The notes under the pieces: generated by a model
Told to the model about the DNA's origin: nothing
Seen by the model: the letters and a program-made list of their open reading frames with translations, nothing else
Database searches by the model: none
Source of the DNA: a virus
Direction: 5' to 3' (one strand)
Length of the DNA: 64,000 nt
IMG/VR virus record: IMGVR_UViG_3300034093_002316
Coordinates: 3,930 to 67,929 of that record
Translations under genes and position numbers: made by a program
In this document: positions 42,407 to 50,234 of the stretch, piece by piece
Numbering within the stretch: the stretch's first letter is position 1
Layout: the number at the start of each line of letters is the position of its first letter

Positions 42407-42563
42407 AGCTTATTGTTTTAAATTATTTAAAATAAAGATAATAAAAAAACTCGTACGTGTCAAGCAAAACGTAAAAAAAGTTTAAGTACGTTTGTTTATG
42501 CATAGTATATAGTGCGCCCTTCCAGGTCCGCACGGAACGCTTCCAGCACCGCACAAGCCGTTT

Positions 42564-43088
42564 TTAATTTGCGTCGTCCGCAACACCAGACGCATCATAC
42601 TTGTTAGTTCGCACCAACCAAAGCTTACCGTTGCGATCCAACACCGTGTACCCAGCAGAAGCAACAGACGCCGAATTAGCTTGAAGCATGCTTCTATATA
42701 TGCGAGTCTTTTGAAGATCCTTCGCAGTACTAGTAGTATCCGATCCCGTAATGTCGATTGCCATGGGAGCATAGATTCTCGCAAAGTCCATGATGGCTTC
42801 TGCCGCAGTTCGCAACAGCCGTAAATAATTGATGTTACCCGACGCCGCACTACGTGCATGCGATACGGTGAATCCTTCTCTGCTACGATCTTGCGACATC
42901 ATGGCAAATGACCATTCTCCGCCATCCATGTGCGATGTGCGAACAAAAGCAAATATCATGGGTTCGTTGTCCGCCATGATGCGGGCCTCCCAATGATGAG
43001 TGCCTTCTTGCGTCCATGTAAATTGCGTAGCATATGGTTGTATGTTACGCAGTGTGATTTCCGTGATTAAGTCTCGTAGTCGTATCAT
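42564..43088 (-). CDS. Hypothetical protein with MIRLRDLITE leader
   Basis: Leader motif; ORF track. Confidence 0.6.
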   Translation of the reverse strand: MIRLRDLITEITLRNIQPYATQFTWTQEGTHHWEARIMADNEPMIFAFVRTSHMDGGEWSFAMMSQDRSREGFTVSHARSAASGNINYLRLLRTAAEAIMDFARIYAPMAIDITGSDTTSTAKDLQKTRIYRSMLQANSASVASAGYTVLDRNGKLWLVRTNKYDASGVADDAN

Positions 43089-43099
43089 GATGTTGTCGT

Positions 43100-43441
43100 T
43101 TAATAGTTTAATCCGGTTTCGATGCGTTCCGCTAGGGTAGTAGCATTTTCATTGACAATGTCATAATCCGTGGCTTCCGATGTAGCATACTCGCGAATAG
43201 TAGCACGAGTGTTGTTGATGTATTCCAAGTATGCATCAGCCAATATCTCAGCATTGTTCTTAAGTATCATTTTAGCTTCATCCGACAACCCCATGTAATT
43301 TGTAGAACTCAAATCCATTTGTAGCGCTTTGAATGCCGCTTCTTGTTGTGATAACGCGTCTTCGATGCCAACGGTATCAACACGTTGTTCCGTGATGCGA
43401 TGACGTGTGTTTTCTAGTAATAGGTCTTTTAATCGTTTCAT
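43100..43441 (-). CDS. Hypothetical protein with MKRLKDLLLE leader
   Basis: Leader motif; ORF track. Confidence 0.6.
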   Translation of the reverse strand: MKRLKDLLLENTRHRITEQRVDTVGIEDALSQQEAAFKALQMDLSSTNYMGLSDEAKMILKNNAEILADAYLEYINNTRATIREYATSEATDYDIVNENATTLAERIETGLNY

Positions 43442-43679
43442 ATTAATATATATCAGTTTCCGCTGAAACGCTGGAAACGGGAATCGGCCGCAACATGTAC
43501 GTTAAGGAGAGATTCTAGAGTTGTTCTTAGTATGGGTACTAGCTACGTGCTAGGGAATTCTAAGCTATATTAATAGTACATGTACTAGGGAGGCTTGTAT
43601 GACACCGTCATATTCAATAAAGAGACCCTATATAGCAAAATTTCTCCCCGTGCAAGGAAAATATATATAACCACCCGCA

Positions 43680-43805
43680 TCAATCAGGGGGTGCCTTACC
43701 CCTTTAACGAAACCCTCCCCACCCCCCCAGAACAAGGGGGGTCTATGGGGTCAAATCAGGGGGGGCTATACCCCATGTTGTTAGGGGGGCTACCTACCCC
43801 CCTTT
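43680..43805. other. G/C-tract-rich non-coding region with hairpins
   Basis: G-runs at 43687, 43736, 43747, 43759, 43784; matching C-runs; hairpin AGGGGGG-CTACCTA-CCCCCCT. Confidence 0.8.
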
Positions 43806-43828
43806 ACTAGTACTATATGTGGTTCTGC

Positions 43829-44071
43829 TTAACCTCGAATGCGTTCTATGATTATGCGGGTTGCTTCTTCTGCTTCTGGCAATGTGTGGTCTGCTTGTAT
43901 GCCTAGGGACTCCATCATGTTGTGAACAGTGGCCCATCGTGCACGCAGCGTGCCAACCAATTCATCTTCGTGGCCATATCGCTGTTCGGCTTGCTTTAAC
44001 TCTAACCACATCATGGCGTCTGTCTTTTGAATCTCTGTTACCATTGCTGCTTTTGTCATTGTCTTTTTCAT
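43829..44071 (-). CDS. Early hypothetical protein
   Basis: AGAGAGAT-ATG leader. Confidence 0.7.
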   Translation of the reverse strand: MKKTMTKAAMVTEIQKTDAMMWLELKQAEQRYGHEDELVGTLRARWATVHNMMESLGIQADHTLPEAEEATRIIIERIRG

Positions 44072-44116
44072 ATCTCTCTTGTTACGTATTATTACTCTAC
44101 TCTCTCTTATATTATA

Positions 44117-44320
44117 TTACTTGCTTAGTGCTTTAAGGCATTCCGGACATCCTACTTCTTCTATTCCGGCAGCGGCTGCGTGGTTGCTACTTAATGCTGG
44201 TGTACCACATAGGTTGCCTTTGCCGGATAAATATGCATGTGCCGTATTGGTCCACACATTGCCTTTGTTACCGAAAATCATAAACCCTTTTCCTAACTCT
44301 TTTACATTTACCTTTGTCAT
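44117..44320 (-). CDS. Early hypothetical protein with putative Zn ligands
   Basis: H..LCG...GCPEC; promoter cassette upstream. Confidence 0.7.
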   Translation of the reverse strand: MTKVNVKELGKGFMIFGNKGNVWTNTAHAYLSGKGNLCGTPALSSNHAAAAGIEEVGCPECLKALSK

Positions 44321-44386
44321 ATCTCTCTCTTTTTAATTTATATAAATATAATGATTTAATCTGTGCGTGTCAACCGAATAGTCAAC

Positions 44387-44545
44387 TTATTTGTGACTGT
44401 CTAATACGTACATCATGAACGTCGTATTCGGATACTTTGCTTTGTATATTGTATAGTCTACATAGCTTATTGCTAATGCTATCGCCGTTACTACTAAAGC
44501 TGCTACTACTAATTTGATTTTTACTTTTCTGCTTAATTTATACAT
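44387..44545 (-). CDS. Small membrane protein (52 aa, not in ORF track)
   Basis: MYKLSRKVKIKLVVAALVVTAIALAISYVDY...; own promoter cassette. Confidence 0.65.
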   Translation of the reverse strand: MYKLSRKVKIKLVVAALVVTAIALAISYVDYTIYKAKYPNTTFMMYVLDSHK

Positions 44546-44623
44546 CTCTCTATCTTTTTAATTATACTTAAATATAATGATAATAAGCACACGTGTCAAG
44601 CATTTTGCTAACTTTTTTTTACA

Positions 44624-44675
44624 GTGCAAAGCCGACGCCTTTCAGCGCCGACTTGCTATGTTGAGAGATATGTTT
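44624..44675 (-). ncRNA. Anti-leader element copy 1 (AAACAUAUCUCUCAACAUAG plus GAAA-capped stem)
   Basis: Follows the ATPase stop codon; stem AGUCGGCGCU-GAAA-GGCGUCGGCU with G-U pairs on the minus strand. Confidence 0.6.
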
Positions 44676-44677
44676 GC

Positions 44678-45628
44678 TTATTCTGCTGCGATGATTTGTT
44701 CTGCTATCATCTCCTCTGCGTTATCAAATCCCATCGCACATATTCTTGCCGCTTTGATAAAGCTTCTGAGGTTAATGTCAATGCCGGCATACTTCGCATC
44801 CAACGACTTCATTATCTCTAATGCCTTTTGCTTAGCCGCTAACGGAATGCTACGCTCCATACCTTCCATCAATTGCTCCATTCGAGTAAACATTTGCGTC
44901 GTGTTCATTGTGATATCCGACACGAAGCTTCTACTACGGATAGCCTCATCCAAGCGGCTTTGGTGGATGTTGCTGATGAATATGATGCGTCCTGTAAATT
45001 CGAAATGCGGTGGGATCGGATCGCCATACTCATCCTTAAGCGGCTTCGAAGAGATATAAGATATCTTGCGAGTGTCATAGCTGTCTAATGCCGCTTTAAG
45101 AATATTCACAGCATCGTCATCTTTGAATACCGAATCACAGTCATCCAATACGATTATCTTATCCGAGTTTTGATATAGCGTAATAAACAATCCGGCTGCG
45201 GTAGCACGACCCTTAAAGTGTACGAAGTCTTTGGACTCTGACAAACCTAATCCTTTAAGTGTCTCCTTAACCAAATGCGTCTTACCTACGCCAGCCATAC
45301 CCGTAATTACTAAGGAAGGTTGGATACCTCTACCTACCATCTTTGTGAGGCGCTCCAAGTTGCCAAACATCACTTGCGGATCTCTTGACTCTAATACTGT
45401 CATGAACGACATCTTTGCTGGAGCCGTGCTAGCTGGAGCCGTGCCGGCTTCTTTGCGGGACATTCTAGTTACTCTGCCGGAGCCGCTAACAACTAATACT
45501 TCCTTGTTCGCCTCAGCATTTCTTAACTGAACTGGACGGATTGCATCCTTCGGTGCAAACTCACCTGTCTTAACATTCTTTGCAAATAACTTGCCTTTTA
45601 CTCTTACTGGTTCAAATACATTTAACAT
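44678..45628 (-). CDS. AAA+ ATPase
   Basis: Walker A GMAGVGKT, Walker B IIVLDDCD, sensor IIFISN, Arg finger AIRSRS. Confidence 0.85.
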   Translation of the reverse strand: MLNVFEPVRVKGKLFAKNVKTGEFAPKDAIRPVQLRNAEANKEVLVVSGSGRVTRMSRKEAGTAPASTAPAKMSFMTVLESRDPQVMFGNLERLTKMVGRGIQPSLVITGMAGVGKTHLVKETLKGLGLSESKDFVHFKGRATAAGLFITLYQNSDKIIVLDDCDSVFKDDDAVNILKAALDSYDTRKISYISSKPLKDEYGDPIPPHFEFTGRIIFISNIHQSRLDEAIRSRSFVSDITMNTTQMFTRMEQLMEGMERSIPLAAKQKALEIMKSLDAKYAGIDINLRSFIKAARICAMGFDNAEEMIAEQIIAAE

Positions 45629-45716
45629 ATCTCTCTCTTTTTAATTTATATAAATATAATGATTTTTTTGGTACGTGTCAACCGTTTCGGTAACTTTTTT
45701 TAAGAAAAGTTTCTGG

Positions 45717-45971
45717 CTATTCTTCGCCAGCTAACTCCTCATGTAGATCCGTTAACCACTGCCGATCCATCATCTCTTGCTTATATGTCTTAACACAATA
45801 CAATTCGAATGGAGCAATTGGATCCTCTGATTTGAACTCGACATGGAATTCATCCCATACCTGACGCGACTCTTCGAAGGTTGCTAATACATCTGCCGGA
45901 GCTATGTCTAATTCATACTGCTGAACGATCCCTCCGGTTAACTCTCCCTTTACTGTTACATTTACTTTCAT
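45717..45971 (-). CDS. Early hypothetical protein
   Basis: Promoter cassette and AAGAT-ATG leader. Confidence 0.7.
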   Translation of the reverse strand: MKVNVTVKGELTGGIVQQYELDIAPADVLATFEESRQVWDEFHVEFKSEDPIAPFELYCVKTYKQEMMDRQWLTDLHEELAGEE

Positions 45972-46064
45972 ATCTCTTATCTCTTATTATTATACTTAAA
46001 GATAATGATAATAACCGTGCGTGTCAAGCATTTTGCAAACTTTTTTTAAACTTTTTTTTTTTTG

Positions 46065-46178
46065 TAGTCAGGGAGGACTCGAACCCCAATCTCTCGGCAA
46101 GACTTAATGTATATTCTCGGGTCATGACTCCTCACCTTTTACTGCTCACCAAGCGCGTTACCAATTAGCTACCTGACT
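46065..46178 (-). ncRNA. tRNA-like RNA 1 (AGUCAGG/CCUGACU-A family), enlarged interior
   Basis: Acceptor AGTCAGG/CCTGACT, D-like TAGCTAATTGGTAACGC, T-loop GGTTCGAGTCC; no canonical anticodon arm. Confidence 0.7.
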
Positions 46179-46257
46179 GTAATAAGAGGCTTCGTCAACG
46201 GTGCACTGCGATAAGGTCTTCTGAAATTATCTGTGTACAAAGTATCCACCTCTTACA

Positions 46258-46313
46258 CGTCCGCAAGGGCCAACATCGCTGCTGACCCGGGGACTATGTT
46301 GAGAGATATGTTT
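46258..46313 (-). ncRNA. Anti-leader element copy 2 (AAACAUAUCUCUCAACAUAG plus GCGA-capped stem)
   Basis: 20-nt identity with copy 1; stem GGGUCAGCA-GCGA-UGUUGGCCC. Confidence 0.6.
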
Positions 46314-46755
46314 ACTCCTCCGTTTGGGTTCCTAACCCGTCATTAACCGACTGCATTATTTCTTCCTCGCTAGGACCGCAGTCATCGTCTTCTTCGCCCT
46401 TCTCCAACTCTACAATGTCATCTGCAGCTTCCTCAACCAATTGGTCCAAAGCGCCGGTGACGTGCTCCATAATTTCGTACACATTAACATCGACACGATT
46501 TAATTCGATGCGGTTATCCCAATTTAACTCAAACTCCGCGGAACTTAAATCGACCAAGTCGCTGCTGTTATAGTCGAGGGCACGTTCGATTTTATTAGCA
46601 ATTTCCTCAGCAAACTCCGGAGTCAATTTGAATTCCTTCTCGACAACAACTACCGGCTCGATGCTTTGGATCAATGCAATAACATTGTCAATGCTTACTA
46701 CTGAGGTTAACTCCTTTGCTCCCTCTAACTGTGCAATTAAATTTTCTTTTGTCAT
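46312..46755 (-). CDS. Early acidic hypothetical protein
   Basis: AGAGAGAT-ATG leader; very acidic. Confidence 0.7.
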   Translation of the reverse strand: MTKENLIAQLEGAKELTSVVSIDNVIALIQSIEPVVVVEKEFKLTPEFAEEIANKIERALDYNSSDLVDLSSAEFELNWDNRIELNRVDVNVYEIMEHVTGALDQLVEEAADDIVELEKGEEDDDCGPSEEEIMQSVNDGLGTQTEE

Positions 46756-46828
46756 ATCTCTCTCTTTTTAATTATATTTAAATTTAATGATTTTTTTGTT
46801 CGGTTCCTAATTTTTTAGCAACTTTTTT

Positions 46829-46945
46829 TTAATAAATTACAGGCTCAATAAAGTTACCAATTACCAATTGAACTGTGGCATACAATGCCGATACGGTGAA
46901 CAATGTTACGAAAACTACGTCTACTACTTTTTCTACTCTTTTCAT
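46829..46945 (-). CDS. Small membrane protein (38 aa)
   Basis: MKRVEKVVDVVFVTLFTVSALYATVQLVIGNFIEPVIY behind its own promoter cassette. Confidence 0.6.
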   Translation of the reverse strand: MKRVEKVVDVVFVTLFTVSALYATVQLVIGNFIEPVIY

Positions 46946-47030
46946 ATATCTCTCTTTTTAAATTTATAATATAAAAATAATGAATTAAATAATGCGTGTC
47001 AAGCTTTTTTGAAACTTTTTTAAACTTTTT

Positions 47031-47177
47031 TTACTTGAATCGAAACTCGTCTAATTCGGCTTCAACATCTTTGAGTGCCTGGCCAACTTCATCGTCTTGC
47101 TGGAATAAGTCATATGACTCCATGATGTTTCTCAGTTCTCGTACTTTTGCTTCTAATGCTTTTAGTTCTCTCTTCAT
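47031..47177 (-). CDS. Small coiled-coil protein (48 aa)
   Basis: MKRELKALEAKVRELRNIMESYDLFQQDDEVGQALKDVEAELDEFRFK. Confidence 0.6.
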   Translation of the reverse strand: MKRELKALEAKVRELRNIMESYDLFQQDDEVGQALKDVEAELDEFRFK

Positions 47178-47180
47178 TTC

Positions 47181-47273
47181 TTAATTGTAAAGTTCCACAT
47201 AAATTAAAGCGTCAATCATCAATTCGGACTGACATATCATCATTCTGATTTCTCTTATTTCCTTTGCTGTCAT
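47181..47273 (-). CDS. Small protein (30 aa)
   Basis: MTAKEIREIRMMICQSELMIDALIYVELYN, tightly packed between neighbours. Confidence 0.45.
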   Translation of the reverse strand: MTAKEIREIRMMICQSELMIDALIYVELYN

Positions 47274-47274
47274 G

Positions 47275-47394
47275 TTAAGCCGTTTTAAGTGTGAATACTA
47301 TTGCCGGGATCAAACCGATAACTCCTAATACATTACCGAATGCTAACATTGTGCCTCCGATTACTGCTACTGCGAAAATTAATGCGTTTCTCAT
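47275..47394 (-). CDS. Small membrane protein (39 aa)
   Basis: MRNALIFAVAVIGGTMLAFGNVLGVIGLIPAIVFTLKTA behind a promoter cassette. Confidence 0.6.
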   Translation of the reverse strand: MRNALIFAVAVIGGTMLAFGNVLGVIGLIPAIVFTLKTA

Positions 47395-47478
47395 ATCTCT
47401 TATTTTTTTATCTATACTTAAAGATAATGATAATAACCATGCGTGTCAAGCATTTCGGCAAAAAAGTTTAAAAAAAGT

Positions 47479-48219
47479 TTATAGGTATTGTTCCAACAAT
47501 TCGATGCCTGGAAGCGATGCCAATGCCAATTCAGCACCTCTAACTAACTGTCTGGCTCTTTCATTGGTTACTCCCATCTCCTCAGCAATCTGATCCATAC
47601 ATTGTGGATACTCCCGTCCAATGCCATAGAATCTGCGTATAGCTTCTTCCTGCTTCGGCTTAAGCTGCGCTAAGACTCTGTTTAAGTCGTATTGCAAATC
47701 AGCCATGTCCCTCGAGGATTTCACGCTATCCGCAGCCAAGTAACGATCCGCATAGGTTTCCTTGTTCTCATCATCGCCTACCGGAGTGTGGATACTCTTT
47801 GTAGAATACTCTTCGGTTGCTGTGCGATGTGAAGGAATCCTAACCACTCTGGATAAGTCATTGAGTGCCTTTTGCAATTCGGCTCTGATGTACCACACCG
47901 CAAAGGTAATGAATTTGACACCTTTCTCCGGATTGAATCTTTCAGCCGCTTCGAAGAGTCCTACATTGCCGAATGCGATGAGATCCTCCAATGCCAATCC
48001 CATTCCTTGATACTGCTTTGCTACTTGAATCACAAAGCGAAGGTTGGCTTCTACCAAGGCATTAACGGCCTTTCTGTCTCCGGCGGCTGCGGCTCTGCCT
48101 AATGTGGTTTCTTGTTCTCTGGTAAGGGCACCAATCTTCTTGGTCTCTTGGATATATCTCAATGTGCTTGCTACATCCGTTACAATTGCTCCTGTGCTTA
48201 CGTGAATTTTCTTTGCCAT
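47479..48219 (-). CDS. RNA polymerase sigma-70 family factor (RpoD/RpoS-like regions 1.2-4)
   Basis: LTREQE, LVEANLRFVIQVAKQY, DLIAFGNVGL..AAERF, KFITFAVWYIR, VRIP, IAEEMGVTNERARQL. Confidence 0.93.
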   Translation of the reverse strand: MAKKIHVSTGAIVTDVASTLRYIQETKKIGALTREQETTLGRAAAAGDRKAVNALVEANLRFVIQVAKQYQGMGLALEDLIAFGNVGLFEAAERFNPEKGVKFITFAVWYIRAELQKALNDLSRVVRIPSHRTATEEYSTKSIHTPVGDDENKETYADRYLAADSVKSSRDMADLQYDLNRVLAQLKPKQEEAIRRFYGIGREYPQCMDQIAEEMGVTNERARQLVRGAELALASLPGIELLEQYL

Positions 48220-48260
48220 AACTCTCTTTTGTTTTTAAATGAATAACTAATTGCAACCGA

Positions 48261-48458
48261 CTACTTGCCGGTTGCTAAGAACTTAAATGATACTCTCGTC
48301 GGCTTCTCAACCTTCGCCCGGTACTCTGCGTTGCGTTCTCCTTGACGAATAGCTTGTGCTACTGTGGCAGTGTTGCCTCCGGTTCTTGCATCTTTACTCA
48401 TTTGAGCCATTACTGCTCCTTGTCTTTCGAATCCTGAATTTCTTCCTTTTTTTGCCAT
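48261..48458 (-). CDS. Early basic hypothetical protein
   Basis: Promoter cassette; likely co-transcribed with the sigma gene. Confidence 0.65.
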   Translation of the reverse strand: MAKKGRNSGFERQGAVMAQMSKDARTGGNTATVAQAIRQGERNAEYRAKVEKPTRVSFKFLATGK

Positions 48459-48531
48459 CTCTCTTATTTTTTAATTATAATATAAATATAATGATTATTT
48501 CTGTGCGTGTCAAGCATTTTCGAAACTTTTT

Positions 48532-48741
48532 TTAAGCTTCGATAATATCGGATTCCTGGAACTCGCGGATGTCAAAACTAACCATCTCATCCAATTCCTC
48601 TTCATCATAGCCAAAATCCTCAGCTACCAATTCGCGTGTTTTTTCCTCAGCGTCTATTTCGCTAGCAGCTTTAATGTAATACAAACTAGAATATTCAACG
48701 CCTTCAACATCGGTAACAATTACTACAAATAACTTTTTCAT
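48532..48741 (-). CDS. Early acidic hypothetical protein
   Basis: Promoter cassette. Confidence 0.7.
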   Translation of the reverse strand: MKKLFVVIVTDVEGVEYSSLYYIKAASEIDAEEKTRELVAEDFGYDEEELDEMVSFDIREFQESDIIEA

Positions 48742-48815
48742 ATATCTCTCTTTTTAAATTAATACTTAAATATAATGAAAATAATAATGCGTGTCAAGCA
48801 TTTTGCAAACTTTTT

Positions 48816-49046
48816 TTAATCTTTTTTTATGCCGTAACGCTTATCATACTGTTCACTGTCATACACATCAGCCGCTACCTCAGCTTCCGTCTCAACCATA
48901 TAAGCTAAGCAAGCAATGATATCCTCAATCTCAAAGCCATCCATTAATGCCTGGCGAGTTAAGTTTTTCGCAGCTACGGCTAAATCATTTTGGTAAATAC
49001 GATTTGTTACACTTGCAAATCTGTCTAATACATTAATGTCTCTCAT
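48816..49046 (-). CDS. Early hypothetical protein
   Basis: Promoter cassette. Confidence 0.7.
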   Translation of the reverse strand: MRDINVLDRFASVTNRIYQNDLAVAAKNLTRQALMDGFEIEDIIACLAYMVETEAEVAADVYDSEQYDKRYGIKKD

Positions 49047-49121
49047 ATCTCTTTCTTTTTTTATTAATACTTAAATATAATAAATAAAACGATGCGTGTC
49101 AAGCATTTTGCTAACTTTTTT

Positions 49122-49412
49122 TTAACTTATTTCAACACATTCAAAATACACACCTTCCGCCAAAGCCAAATTAAACGTCGTGTCATCTACGTCAATAATC
49201 AATTCCAATAAAAACTCATCGTCAATTTGCTTATCCCAATCGTCACTTCCCTCAATCCATTCTACTAACTCCGTATTACTATAACAATATTCGGCGAATC
49301 TCCTTCTCACTTTTTTCAACAAATCCAATTTGTCTTCTGCGAACATTTCTATTCCGCTTTCTACTACTCCACCTCCAAATGCGTAACCAATTTCCAATTT
49401 AAATTCTCTCAT
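49122..49412 (-). CDS. Early acidic hypothetical protein
   Basis: Promoter cassette (TTAGGA variant). Confidence 0.7.
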   Translation of the reverse strand: MREFKLEIGYAFGGGVVESGIEMFAEDKLDLLKKVRRRFAEYCYSNTELVEWIEGSDDWDKQIDDEFLLELIIDVDDTTFNLALAEGVYFECVEIS

Positions 49413-49492
49413 ATCTCTTATTTTTAAATTAATACTTAAATATAATGAAAATAATAATGCGATCCTAATAAAAAGTAAAAAAAGTTTGCCGG

Positions 49493-49873
49493 CTAATTAA
49501 AGCCAACAAACCCTCGTTCTAATTCTAATCCCAAATCCTCAGCTATTTCCTTTAATCGGTAATACGGAGCATTCTCAATCTCTTGTGTTACAATGTTATC
49601 TATTCTTGCAATGCTATAACCGCATCCGATACCATAAAGGGTAACGGTCTTTTGGATAACTTCCATTGCGCCGGAAGACTGATCCCAATCAAATTCGCCC
49701 AACTCAGTCACGGTAACACCTAATGCAAATGCTGTGGACTCTACGGCTTCATTCCACAATGCGAATACTTTATCGCGTACCACATCAGCTACTACATCAT
49801 TGTGGTCATACATTTCGCGGCTCCATGGTTTTGTGATTTGGATTCCGTACTCTACTTTTGCTGTCTTTTTCAT
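49493..49873 (-). CDS. Early hypothetical protein
   Basis: Promoter cassette. Confidence 0.7.
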   Translation of the reverse strand: MKKTAKVEYGIQITKPWSREMYDHNDVVADVVRDKVFALWNEAVESTAFALGVTVTELGEFDWDQSSGAMEVIQKTVTLYGIGCGYSIARIDNIVTQEIENAPYYRLKEIAEDLGLELERGFVGFN

Positions 49874-49944
49874 ATATCTCTCTTTTTAATTTATATAAAG
49901 ATAAGGAAAAAAGAGATGCGTGTCAAGTATTTTGACAACTTTTT

Positions 49945-50148
49945 TTAACTTATTTCAATTACGGTAACTGGTACACTCGGATCCATGCCATAATAACATG
50001 TAATGTCGATATCCTCTAATTCGACAATACGTGCATTTTTTCTAGTTTTTACTACTTTTGCCCGTATTAATACATCCGGCGTGTTATCCCAAGAAAATTG
50101 TACAATTTGTCCTTTTGCTACAGTTCCTAATATTACTAAATTTTCCAT
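49945..50148 (-). CDS. Early hypothetical protein
   Basis: Promoter cassette. Confidence 0.7.
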   Translation of the reverse strand: MENLVILGTVAKGQIVQFSWDNTPDVLIRAKVVKTRKNARIVELEDIDITCYYGMDPSVPVTVIEIS

Positions 50149-50234
50149 GTCTCTCTTTTAAATTAATACTTAAAGATAATAATAAAAAGCACACGTGTCA
50201 AGCAAAATCCAAAAAAAGTTTGAAAAAAGTTTCG

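Larger units (their letters stand above)
44321..50230 (-). repeat. Repeated early promoter/leader cassette (~70-90 bp) in front of almost every gene
   Basis: Sense consensus AAAAAAGTT..AAAATGCTTGACACGCA-N-TTATATTTA-N-AAAAAGAGAGAT-ATG; TTGACA at plus-strand 44368, 44594, 45676, 46022, 46997, 47444, 48508, 48792, 49097, 49921, 50196 (also 42458); 17-bp spacing to TATATT/TATCTT in the copies counted. Confidence 0.9.

Noticed and set aside
43595-43810. 71-aa plus-strand ORF
   Set aside because: Runs through the G/C tracts, low-complexity Pro/Gly product, against the local gene direction.
44069-50160. AGAGAG leader as a classical Shine-Dalgarno sequence
   Set aside because: It sits only 0-4 nt from the ATG, too close for normal SD spacing. 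Pairing with a variant UCUC-type anti-SD of some Flavobacteriales cannot be excluded without knowing the host.
44321-50230. Early cassette repeats as an integron/attC array or CRISPR
   Set aside because: The units are promoter-like and lack attC inverted-repeat structure; no integrase is present; the 'spacers' are whole genes.
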